Positions 26,360 to 37,923 of a stretch of DNA of 64,000 nucleotides are shown piece by piece. Below the pieces are notes generated by a model, which was given only the letters and a program-made list of their open reading frames with translations, was not told the DNA's origin and made no database searches. The stretch is from Azolla caroliniana (taxonomy: Eukaryota; Plantae; Polypodiophyta). Both the position numbers and the translations under genes were made by a program. Each line of letters starts with the position of its first letter. Position 1 is the stretch's first letter. Location of the stretch: assembly GCA_043228905.1 (NCBI GenBank), contig JBHGNT010000005.1:7998001-8062000 (forward strand). The letters are read 5' to 3'.

Positions 26360-27083
26360 ATTAGCTAAGTGGTAGCTCATTAGATACTACCATATGTTAG
26401 CTGAGTAGCTAATTAGCTACCACTTAGCTAATTAGATACTACCATATAGGTTCTGCACTTCCCAATGTAAAAATATATCCATACTTTAGCTAATTAGTTA
26501 TAGTGGCTAATAAGCTAGTACCATACTTTAGTACAGTAGCTAATTAGCTAAGTGGTAGCTAATTAGCTACTACCATAGTTTAGTACAATAGCTAATTAGC
26601 TAAGTGGTAGCTAATTAGCGACTATCATACTTTAGATGAGTAACTAATTAGCAAAGTGGTAGCTAATTAGCTACTACCATAGTTTAGCTGAGTAGCTAAT
26701 TAGCAAAGTGGTAGCTAATTAACAACTACCATAGTTTAGTACAATAGCTAATTAGCTAAGTGGTAGCTAATTAGCTACTACCATAGTTTAGTACAGTAGC
26801 TAATTAGCTAAGTAGTAGCTAATTAACAACTACCATAGTTTAGTACAATAGCTAATTAGCTAAGTGGTAGCTAATTAGCTACTACCATAGTTTAGTACAG
26901 TAGCTAATTAGCTACTACCATACTTTAGTTATAGTGGTTAACTAGCTAGTATCATACTTTAGTTGAGTAGCTAATTAGCTAGTACCATACCTACGCGAAG
27001 TAGCTAGTTAGCTTAGTGGTAGCTAGTTAGCTACTGTCATAGTTTAGAAAAATAGCTAGTTAGCTTAGATGTAGCTAATTAGG
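26360..27083. repeat. Tandem array (~52-bp unit) of the palindrome TAGCTAATTAGCTA, in an intron of accessory gene 1
   Basis: Unit approx. GTAGCTAATTAGCTACTACCATAGTTTAGTACAATAGCTAATTAGCTAAGTG, with shorter deletion variants. Confidence 0.95.
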
Positions 27084-27295
27084 GACCATGTTGTTGTAGA
27101 ATCTTGCGGATTAAGGAGGGTGCATGACCTGTTTGGTGCTGATGACGCTGCAACCGATGAGGAGATAGTTGCCAACGTGGCTGAAAGTAAGAGTCCTGCT
27201 ATACATCTCCTTCAGATCAACTCCACCCTATTCTTTTGGAAGATGGTAATGAATTAGGCAACGATGTGAAAAGCCATGAAATATTGGAAACAACA

Positions 27296-28105
27296 TGTTG
27301 GGAGACATGTCCCTCCGGATGGGAAAGGAGAAGAACAGTGCCGATGAACAAACTTGGCCGAGGCCGAGACCGGATGAGGAGTACCCGGCTACGGAGAGCC
27401 GGATGATACAGACCCGGTGAAGACCGGATGAGGAGTACCCGGCTACGGAGAGCCGGATGATACAGACCCAGTGAAGACCGGATGAGGAGTACCCGGCTAC
27501 GGAGAGCCGGATAATACAGACCCGGTGAAGACTGGATGAGGAGTACCCGGCTCCGGAGAGCCGGATGATACAGACCCGGTGAAGACCGGATGAGGAGTAC
27601 CCGGCTACGGAGAGCCGGATGGTGCAGCTACGGAGAACCGGATGAAGAGACATATTCGTAAATATGTTTTCTGATAGTCCACCGAGGCTATATTTGTAAA
27701 TAGCCGAAAAGTCATATTAGTATAAATATGACTTAGGGCAAACTAGTAGTTGTTGTTGTCATTCTTGTTGGTGCAAGAATATAGAGAGAGTGCGGAACTG
27801 TGTACAGAGAGAGAGAGAGAGAGAGAGAGAAAGAGGTCGTTGCCTCTGTTGTAACCGCCGCCTGTGGCGAAGATCTGTGAGCACGAGGTCGTTGCCTTAG
27901 TGAACTCACTGTTGTACATTCTTACATAGTGACAGTTTGCAGCCTGTGGGCTGCCGTGGTTTTTCCCCTAGTTTGGGGTTTTCCACGTAAACCTCCAGTG
28001 TATCTTCCTCTTCTTTGTGTCGTGTTCTATTTCCCGTTTTCTGTGTATCATTCTAAGCTCGGTTGTGGCCGAGCGTAGCGCATAAGGAACGTTGAGTTCC
28101 CGTCA
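27296..28105 (+). mobile_element. Copia solo LTR (810 bp) with a 54-bp U3 tandem repeat
   Basis: TGTTGG...CCGTCA; perfect TSD CAACA; ~5 copies of GAAGACCGGATGAGGAGTACCCGGCTACGGAGAGCCGGATGATACAGACCCGGT; same family as 59954-60710. Confidence 0.93.
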
Positions 28106-28695
28106 CAACATGTAAATCTGACGTTCACAACAATAGTGTTTTTGAACACTTAATGTGCCAACATTTCTTCAAATCCCAATACCTTGATTCCACCCCATTG
28201 AGCCCAACTACTGATAATGTCCAAACAGATCCCACTGTACTGGAAAAGCTAGTGCAAGACATGGCTGACTTGCATGCCGCTGCTGAGGTGATGGAAAGGT
28301 TGTCTGAGGAGGACACACTTGCGCAATGGGTCAAAGAAGCAAGGCTAAATGGGCAATCGGCTAGAAAAAGGCTAAAGAATGGGCCACGATCGGGGACAAG
28401 ACCAGTTACTCGTTCAAGGGGCTCTTGAATTGGAGCGAAATACTTATTAGTGGGACATGATTGCTAGCGATTTTCCTAGGGTTTTATGAAGTTTTGCTAT
28501 GATCTATTTGGACAAGTAAAACCTCAGATTGGTTGTTGCTTGATCCACATTATGTAATGGAACTCTATGATGTTTCTCCAAGATAATTATGTTCATGTTT
28601 CTATGATGGAAAATATTTCATGTTCATTATGTTGTTTTGTGAGACTGTTAGTTACTTTGTGAGTGTGAATATGTTGGTGTTTTCTGATTTTGCAG

Positions 28696-29660
28696 AGTCT
28701 AAAGGGTTTGAATCTATTGCTCCTAAGGTCGATGGTAGTGTGGAAATTGTTGATGTTGTTGCGTGTTTAGAGGGCCACATCTTGAAAGTAGATGTAGCAA
28801 CTGACACAAATGATCTGGTCACGCAAGTTGATCAAGCATGTTGCATAGATGATCTGATTTTGCAGGTAGATGCAGCATGTGATACCAATGGGTTGATATC
28901 GACTAGATCAATATCTACATACACTGAGCCAATGACTAAGTCGACAACACAAGAGCACCAGAATGTGAAGCCAAGCCCAACACAGTCGACCAAGGGTTTA
29001 GAGAGGAAAAAGACACCAATTGTGCCGACAGAACCTGAGTTGATTGACCTTGATCGTGTGCTACCAGTAATTGGTGTAACAGAGGCTCAGTTACAGGAAT
29101 GGAAACCTAAACCATTAGAAGTCGAAAGAAGAGCCTTGATCTTGGAGCTTGATAAAGTCCTGATGAGTGTGCGATATATGACACCAAGGAGGGATGCAAA
29201 TCAATTTCTGGAGTGGGTTGTGCAATATTTTGATGTGTTTATTTGGAGCGAAAAACCATGTACAGATGTGTGGAAGTGTGTAGAAAGATTCTTCCCAAAG
29301 TGGCGACAACATTTCAAGGGTCAGTGGACACAAGAGAATTGTGAGCAGAATGATGTTGCAAGATTCAAAAGACTTTCTGATTTTTGGGACACTTGGCCAG
29401 ATTATAATGCCGACAATACGTTGATTCTGGATACATAACATTTCCAACATTACTTCAACATTCGCAGATGCTGTTTCATTCTACCCGATGAAATGTCTGA
29501 ACACTAATTGGTGAAAACATTGACCTGCCAACTAGTTAAATGGTTGTGGACTCCATACCGTGCTCGGCATGCAGAAGATATATGTAGAGAAGTTCCACTG
29601 ACCAGCAAGAGCTTAGCTGTTTATAGATGATTTCAAGACATTGGCAATGAGATGTTATAA
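28696..29660 (+). pseudogene. Accessory gene 2 of the Sola2 element: FCP1/NIF (HAD-like CTD phosphatase) domain protein
   Basis: RALILELDKVL..RRDANQFLEWVVQYFDVFIWS..WTQENC..FKRLSDFWDTWPDYNADNTLILDT matches the NIF/FCP1 domain layout. DxDxT/V is altered to ELDKV. Stop at 29436. Confidence 0.7.
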
Positions 29661-30149
29661 ATATGTAATTTGCTACCACTTAATCAATGAAGAATTAAAT
29701 TGCTTGCTTTGAGTAACTTATCTACTGTGTAATTTTAAGAGTATGTTCAGGATTGTTGATTTCATGATAGTGCTTTTTCTTAAAATTATGCAAACTATTT
29801 TAACTTGTACATGGTTCACTTGAGAAAATCTGTATCTCAGAAAGAAGAACCCTAAACGATATTATTAAACTATATATATCAGAAAGAAGACTGTATATAA
29901 AAATGACACACGATTTTGTTGAGAAAGAAGCACAAAAAGTAGACTGTATATGGAAAAAAAAACTCCCAAACAGGTCCATTAAACTGTTTATTTGCAATAC
30001 ATGCGCTTTGTTTGTTTTACAAGAAAACTGGTAATTGCTACTTGTAGCTACAAATTCCATGGCATACTGTTGTAAATACATTCATACACATTAGCACTAA
30101 CTGTGTGTAAACCTAAGCAACTATTGTATTGCGACATTGGTACATTGAT

Positions 30150-33100
30150 GCACCTGACCAAATGAGAGTACATGTACGCCACTGGTTTGTCTTCTAATAG
30201 CCTATACACATAATTGTAATCATCTAGTCTTGCATAAAAAATACCTTCGATGTAGAATGTCCCGGTAGATACAACATTTCCCCAAGCATCTAATATATTC
30301 TACGTTGCACACTGTTTCTAACCGTGCACTTCAATATATAGAAATTAGCACCCTCTGAATTGCCTTCTTCTGCATTTATAGCGAAATTATCGCCAACATT
30401 TAAGACATCACTCCGAGTATCTCCACGTCCTTGATACGTGAAGTTAGCATTCTTTTCTGTTTCTCCATCAACTGCTTCCTTATCGTTCAATGTATGATAC
30501 TCCCAATTCTGAATATATGCTTTATTTAAACAATACCTCCGATTTCCCTGCACACAATGGAAGAAAAAACAAGTTAATTCTCTAACCGCAATACAATGAC
30601 CATCCAACCTAGAATAACTGCGAACAACATGGAGAGATCGCAATTCGGGAATTCCTTGGCAGTCCCAGGTCTTCTCCCTATTTACTTCATCTATCTTCAC
30701 TTCCCAAAATTCACGTTTGATATCTCGGACCTGCGAAGAATAAACACCAATTGCACTCGTTGACATATAAGCTCTTAAAAATTCAACTACATGTGTTGCA
30801 CAATTCATCTGCACACCATCTACCTTTAGTTGTTCACGGGTAAGTGCCCACTTTATAACAACACTTGCACCATCATGTTCACCTTTACCATGGCCAGACC
30901 CAAAAAAATTCAATCTCATCTCCAAACCTATTATAGTAGGATACCTCCCCACAAAATAAAATGGACGTCTAACCTTGAACTGTGACGCAGCTCCATCAAA
31001 CCAAACCCAATGTTGAGTAAGCTCCAAACGTTTAGCTAATAACCATTTTCTATGTAAGTTAAAACAATGTTGGACGAATAAGGTGTCATGGTTCTTATCA
31101 TCATAAAAAAAAAAATGAATTACTTTTTTAACATCACCTGAAACTCGAAAATATGTTATGTGCACAAAAATGGTTACCTACGCTGAACACCAATGCATAG
31201 ATTGAATTTCATTCTACTGCTTGAAAGTATAATTCTCTGCGAAATCTACTATTGAGACTACTACATCATTTGGAAAATTAGATATGCAAGTCTTAAACTA
31301 ATGGGCTTGCCATGAATAAATGAAGTTGTGTTTAATGAACTTTCCTAGAGATACTACAAATAGAGACGCTAAATCCCTTGGTTTAAGAGACTTCCTAACT
31401 AGATCCTTTCTTTTACACACCTTTCCTTCAAAATTGGTGTCAACTGACTCAAATAACATGACAAAAATTAGTATTTCACTACTCAATTCATTTGGACACC
31501 ACCTAAATCTACTACTAGGGCCACAATCTTGACATAAACCCATGACACATTTATGACTGTGGAAGATGGTCTTAGTTTCTGTCAGACACAATACTGAATC
31601 TAAAAGACAATTCATGGAAGAGATAACATGCTCAGATGATTTACAGTGCTCATGCGGGCTCGATCGACAAATTGGGCACACACAAGTGCAAACTGCATTT
31701 TTTAGGGAGGCACTATGGTGACGTAGTAGATTAACAGAGTCCTTGAGAAAACCCATTTGTACATGGTAAATGCAACAATATGTGCATCGATCCTTCAAGC
31801 GTCTCACAAAGTGTGGCTTAAGAGACTCGAATGTTCGTAATTGAACTTTGATATTTGGATGCATTCACCTGAACCTAATAAATAAATCAATTTGCGTAAT
31901 AAATGGACATACTGATTAGCTCTATGGCTAAGTGGTAGCTAATTAGCTACTACCATAGTTTAGTACGGTAGCTAATAAGCTAAGTCGTAGCTAATTAGCT
32001 ACTACCATACTTTAGTTGAGTAGCTAATTAGCTAAGTGGTAGCTAATTAGCTACTATCAAACTTTAGTTGAGTAGCGAATTAGCTAAGTGGTAGCTAATT
32101 AGCTACTACCATACTTTAGTTGAGTAGTTAATTAGCTAAGTGGTAGCTAATTAGCTACTATCAAACTTTAATTGAGTAGCGAATTAGCTAAGCAGTAGCT
32201 AATTAGCTACTACCATACTTTAGTTGAGTAGCTAATTAGCTACTACCATACTTCAGCTGAGTAGGTAATTAACTAAGTGGTAGCTAATTAGCTACTACCA
32301 TACTTCAGCTGAGTAGGTAATTAACTAAGTGGTAGCTAATTAGCTACTACCATACTTTAGTTATAGTGGCTAATTAGCTACTACTATACTTTAGTTGAGT
32401 CGTTAATTAGCTAACTAGTAGCTAATTAGCTACTACCATACTTCAGCTGAGTAGCTAATTAGCTACTAACATACTTTAGCCAATTTTGGTAGCTAATTAG
32501 CTATTGTTATAGGCAACTAATTAGGTATTGTGGTAGCTAAATAGCTATGAATGGTAGCTAATTAGTTATTCTGGTAGCTAAATAGCTATGTTTGATATAC
32601 TTAGGGAGCTAATTAGCTATTACTAGTAGCTAGTTAGCTATGGGCATATTTTGAGGTATGTAATTAGCTATTCGGGTATGGTCATATTCAGAGGTAGCTA
32701 ATAAGCTAACTAACTAAGCTCAAAAGTCAAAACAAATGTTGAGATAAATGTAAATACCTGAGGTACATCAAGAAGATGAATGGGATGCTCCTCGTATTGA
32801 CTCCTTCCAACACGTTTCCTGCATAAATCCTTCTTATTGGGTGAAACGCTACTCTCATTAGTCCAAAATATTGTGATTATATCCTTAATTTCTGATGTTA
32901 TGGGTGTCATTGGCTTACATCTTGTTGTTAGCTTTAGTAGACTAGTTCTTCACCCGAGGAAACTATTCAGTTCAATGTATTGTACACACTTTTTCTACTA
33001 ACACCATTTACCTTAGATAGCACACTAATGTTAATATCGTCAACATCACTATTAAGTAACATCATTAGACTAGACCTTTTTAATACAAGATCATCTTCTG

Positions 33101-33511
33101 TCCTACTCATGGATACGAAACTATTATGGAGATTATTTACTAGTACAGATGTTATGTTTGCATTAGACCATCACAATCAACTAACTCCTTTATCGATGAA
33201 TCATTTAATATTCCATAAAGTACTACCTTCTTGTCTTCATTGCTGATGTGCTTGGTTTGAACATTGAAATAGTCTACAACCTTTCTCTCTATGATAGTAG
33301 TCTCATTACTTTTCTCAGTGATATTTAGACCTATATCCCAACCAATACTATCTTTACCTTTAGTGAGTGTGGCTTTCGTATCCTTCAACAATTGACGATG
33401 TTTTTTTTTTTCTGCCCAATACTTTCGTATTGCTTCTTGTGTCCTAATAGCATCATCCCTATCCTGATGATCATTGAGGGGCAATTCTAAACACTCTCCT
33501 TCCCCTTCCAT
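30150..33511 (-). pseudogene. Sola2-type DDD transposase (disrupted, intron-containing)
   Basis: N-terminal MEGEGECL..; FWTNESSVSPNKKD; FESLKPHFVRR..CCIYH and a Cys-rich zinc region. Catalytic motifs VDFAENYTF..EIQSMHW (~31200-31250), WFDGAASQFK and NFFGSGHGKGEHDG. Intron donor at 32757 precedes the satellite array. Confidence 0.85.
31914..32720. repeat. Second TAGCTAATTAGCTA ~52-bp tandem array, in the transposase intron
   Basis: Same unit and same + strand orientation as 26360-27083; decays into ~20-bp monomers toward 32720. Confidence 0.95.
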
Positions 33512-33689
33512 TTGGCTTGACGGGTTTAAACCCTAATTTCCGGAAAAAAAAGCATGTATTAAAGATGGCTATGGGCAACGACTATACACAAAAATATTCC
33601 GCAATACACAAGATTATACACAACAATACACAAGATAATCAATAGAAAGAATAGTTATTCAAATCCAAGACTGAACAAGGGTGGTAATC

Positions 33690-34730
33690 TAGGGTCGAAT
33701 AGTGGCGGCAACTGAGTGTAGAATGGCGGTAGTGGAGGAGTGAACTCTGTTTGATCGAACAGTTTTGACAATCCAGGACCGCACAATGGCGGCAACTGAG
33801 TGTAGAATGATGGCAATGGAGGAGTGAATTCCATTGGATCGAACAATGGCAGATGGTGCTTGGAACGCATAGTGACGACAACTGAGAGTAGAATGGTAGC
33901 AGTGGAGAAGGAGTGAACTCCTTCAGATCGAAAAGTGGCAGCAATACACCATTGAACAGTAGCGGCAACTAAGTGTAGAATGATGGCAATGGATGAGTGA
34001 ACTCCGTCAAATCGAAAAATGGCAACAATCTAGGACCGAACAATAGCGGCAACTAAGTGTAGAATGATGGCAATGGATGAGTGAACTCCGTCAAATCGAA
34101 AAGTGGCAACAATCTAGGACCGAACAATAGCGGCAACTAAGTGTAGAATGATGGCAATAGAGGAGTGAGCTCCGTCAGATTGAACAGTGGCAGATGATGC
34201 TTGGAACGCACAGTGACGACAACTGAGAGTAGAATGGAAGCAGTGGAGGAGTGAACTCCTTCGGATCGAGAAGTGGTCGCAATACACCACCGAACAATAG
34301 CGGCAACTAAGTGTAGAATGATGGCAATGGATGAGTGAACTCCGTCAAATCGAAAAGTGACAGCAATCCAGGACTAGTCACCGAATAGTAGCAACAATTG
34401 AGTGTAGAATGATGGCAATGGAGGAGTGAACTCCGTCAGATCGAACAGTGGTAGATGATGCTTGGAACGCACACTAATGGCAACTGAGAGTAGAATGGCG
34501 GCAGTGGAGAAGGAGTTAACTCCGTCGGATCGAAAAGTGGCAGTAATATACGACCTTCACAATAGCGGCAACTGATTGTATAATGGCGGCAATGGAGGAG
34601 TGAACTCCGTCGGATCGAACAGTGGCAGATGATACTTGGACCACACAGTGCCGGTAACTAAGTGTAGAATGGCGGCAATGAAGGAGTGGACTCAATAGGG
34701 TTTAGCAACAGTGGTAGTAATCTAAGCTAG
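33690..34730. repeat. Minisatellite, ~12 units of ~84-90 bp with higher-order structure
   Basis: Core GGCAACTRAGTGTAGAATGATGGCAATGGAGGAGTGAACTCCGTCAGATCGAA with three alternating linker variants. Confidence 0.92.
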
Positions 34731-35342
34731 AATACTCAACCAAAGATGGCCCACGTGATGTGGCAAAGGATCATGCATAATGGACCTAGGAATTCGGTAT
34801 ATAATTTATGGTGGACATATCAATTTATGTTGCACATTTATGGTGCTCATTTATATAATTAAAACTCTCTACTATTTTCAATGGTAGCTTTTTGCATAGC
34901 TAATTTATCAATGGTAGTTTTTTGCAAAAATGACTATTTATCAACAGTAGCTTTTTGAATAGCTAATTAGCTTTGTCAAAGACATAGCTAATTGTTTCCA
35001 CTTGCATGCTTTCGCCCTCTTCCCTTCTTGGGATGCCTCCATATACTCCCATTCTGCAAGAAGAACCGATATGCCTTCTTCCGGGTCCTGTTCGCCTCGT
35101 CCCTCGTCCATGCCGCGTCCGGTGTCAATGTCCTCAAGAATCTGCCTATTCTAAGCCACTCCCCTTCGTACTCATTCTCATTGAACTCGTTCAGTGCCGG
35201 AGCGCTCCCCTCCCTTGCTATTACACAAGCCGACTCGAAGAAGACCATGCCGACTTCTTCGTGTTCCGAAACCATGCTACCCTCATCATCAAAATGCTCT
35301 CTTGAAAGCATATCGGCCATGGCATTATCTTTGCCGGAGATG

Positions 35343-37456
35343 TGTCAAATCTCACGCTCCCTTGTTACAAGGCACGCGAACACACAAGGAAAAGGCTTAC
35401 TTACACACACGAGAGACAGAGTTTCGAATGGCTTTGTGAAAAGAGAGGTGCATGGGCAAAGCCCGAACGCTCCCTTGTTACAAGACACGCGAACACACAA
35501 GCAAGGTTTACACACGGGAGACACAATTTCGAACGCCCTTGTGAAAGGAGAGGTGCATGGGTGAGCCCGAATGCTCCCTTGCCACAAGTTGTACGAACAC
35601 ACAAGCAAGATTTACACTAACACGCAAAACACGATTTCGAATGCCTTTGTGAAAAGAGAGGTGCATGGGCAAGCCCGTACGCTCCCTTGCCACAAGTGGC
35701 ACGAACACACAAGCAAGATTGTTGGGAAGTCAGTCCCTCCGGGTGGGATCCAATTATGAATGAAGAGGACCCGGTGAGAACCGGAAGAGAAGACATATTT
35801 GTAAATTTGTTTGGAGTAAGCTTATTGAGGCTATATTTGTAAATAGCCCTAAGTTCATATGAGTATAAATATGACCTAGCGCAATCACAAAAGAGAGTGT
35901 TGTCATATTGTTGTATGTGCATAACTGTTGTATAAAGAGAGAGGAGATACAGAGCGATACTCTGTTGTAACCGCCGCTTGGCAAAGATACAGAGCTCGAG
36001 GTCATTGCCTTCGAGTCTCTGATTGTATCTTTCTTATATAGTGATAGTTTGGAGTCTGTGGGCTCCCGTGGTTTTTCCCTATTAGGGTTTTCCACGTAAG
36101 CATCCTGTGTACTCTCTATTGTTCGTGTGTGTATACATACCAATCTCCAACCCCATTTCTGTGTTTGATTCTCATCGACAAGTGATTCAAGACTCGGTTG
36201 TGGCCGAGCAATATTCCGCGTTATTTTCTACAAACTTTACATTAACACGTAAGACACGATTTCGAACGCCTTTGTGGAAGGAGAGGTGCATGAGCAAGCC
36301 TGAACACTCCCTTGCCACAAGTCGCACAAACACACAAGTAAGATTTTACACTAACACACAAGACACGAAAGTTTGAATTTCTTTGTGAAAGGAGAGGTGC
36401 ATGGGCAAGCCCGAAACGCTCCCTTGTCACAAGATACACAAACAGATAAGCACAAATGACAATAACATATAAGACACGTAAGTTTGATTGCTTTTGTGAA
36501 AGGAGAGGTGCATGGGCAAAAGCCCGAAACACTCCCTTGTCACAAGACACACAAACAAATAATCACAAATGACAATAACATATAAGATACGTAACTTTGA
36601 ATGCCTTTGTGAAAAGAGAGGTGCATGGGCAAGCCTGAAACGCTCCCTTGTCACAAGACACACAAACAAATAAACACAAATGATGATAACATATAAGACA
36701 CGTAGGTGAAACCAAACATTAGTTTATTACAATATAATAGATTCCTTTATAAAATAAGAATAAATTTTACAAGGGGTTTGATATCAATATGAGAGATAAT
36801 TTATAAAGGAAGGGGGAAGAGAGGTGGAGGAAAGAAGAGAGTGGAATATAGAAGAAGGTGATTCTTTGTTGATGATGCCTCTCGATGTTGTTGATCCTTC
36901 TTCTTTTGCCTTCCAATTGAGTAGAGTTCCGCGTTCCTTCTCCCTCCCCCCCTTCTTCACTAGAATAGGCTCTTATTTATAGGTTTAGGATTGCTTGCCT
37001 TTTTCCCCTAAAACAAAGCTTGTCTATATGAGTCGACTTTTCTTTTCCTCACTATTTCTGTTTTCTAGCCCCAAATTTCACATACAAGATATTCTTGGAA
37101 AGCTCTTTGGGTTAACTTTCTTATGTATCTTTTCTTTTCTAATTTAGACAACTGACAAGGAAATTATGAGCTTTTTTCTCTACTGTGCTCCTCATATCCA
37201 CGCGTGCTCTTTTTTTTTCTCTCTCCATCTTTTTCTCTACTTTTGTCTACTTTTGAAAACCGCCTCTAACTTAATATTCATCATTATTTATTGTAAGGTT
37301 CAATCATTTGACCATTTATTTATAAGGAATTATCTTTGCCAAATGAAAAAGTATTTTTGCTACCAATAAAGTTGACTTCACAAGACTAGTTTATTTGAAC
37401 TACTATTTTACTTCTTTTCGAGGGCAGTTTCACACTGTGTTAGAAACATCACGACA
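35343..37456 (-). mobile_element. LTR-like insertion with a ~105-113-bp tandem array, replacing RT/RNase H of gypsy A
   Basis: TGTCA...TCACGACA ends; minus-strand TATA near 36980; ~7-8 repeats with core GAGAGGTGCATGGGCAAGCCCGAACGCTCCCTTG; no TSD, and host sequence between the junctions is missing. Confidence 0.6.
35720..36232 (+). mobile_element. Copia solo LTR (513 bp) nested in the tandem array
   Basis: TGTTGGG...TCTACA; similar to LTR 60848-61331 (reverse complement); degraded TSD AAGAT/AACTT. Confidence 0.8.
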
Positions 37457-37923
37457 CCGTTCTTCTTTGGCACCATAAACCACCGATTCAAATATGGGGC
37501 ACTCGACGGCTCGAGGATGCCCATCTCCACCTTCTACTTCAGTAGCTCCATCAGCTTCGGGATGTGAGCTCTCGGTACCGGGATCGGCTTGAGGTTCCAC
37601 GACACATGTGGTATCGTGAAGATAACCATCAGCTCCACGACGGTCCGGTCGACACACCCGATCTCCTCTGGCGAGAATGTGAAGGCCTTCCTACACCTCC
37701 CGAGCATCCTCCGAAACTAGTCCTCTTCCGCTTGTAGTAAGAAGCCACCCACACCGATCTTCAGCTCCCGTAGCGTCTCGTCGATGAACCGGTGCCCTAT
37801 GCTGGCCGGATTCCGCAAACTCGGGTCTGACGCGACCCCCTTCATTCGCTCCTCACTTCCCTCCGGCAAGGGAGCCGTGACCAACCTCACCTTCTGGTCC
37901 ACAGTCTTGTACTTGGTTTCAAC

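Larger units (their letters stand above)
25227..28428 (+). pseudogene. Accessory spliced gene 1 of the Sola2 element, unknown function
   Basis: Exon-like segments with GT/AG borders (~25227-25337, ~25433-25489, 25855-~26337, ~27100-28428 interrupted by a solo LTR). The main exon reads WLVPPYPRVLNFTKF..KVHQEISVNNELTVSFAKAFAYE..*RVAWAIYGE. Contains stops; the exon model is tentative. Confidence 0.5.
24935..35017 (-). mobile_element. Sola2-like DNA transposon (~10.1 kb including a nested solo LTR)
   Basis: TIRs GGGTAAAAGCATGCTAGTGGAAACA and revcomp GGGCGAAAGCATGCAAGTGGAAACA; 4-bp TSD TCTT (24931-24934, 35018-35021); interrupts the gypsy A integrase; encodes a DDD transposase with Sola2 motifs. 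Confidence 0.85.

Noticed and set aside
26360-27083. Palindromic repeat array as CRISPR
   Set aside because: No unique spacers; simple tandem units.
27228-27653. 141-aa repetitive minus-strand ORF (and 60013-60270)
   Set aside because: By-product of the 54-bp LTR repeat, whose length is a multiple of 3.
35352-36700. Conserved repeat plus variable linker resembling a CRISPR array
   Set aside because: The linkers are homologous to each other, there are no cas genes, and the context is a eukaryotic retroelement; it is a tandem repeat.
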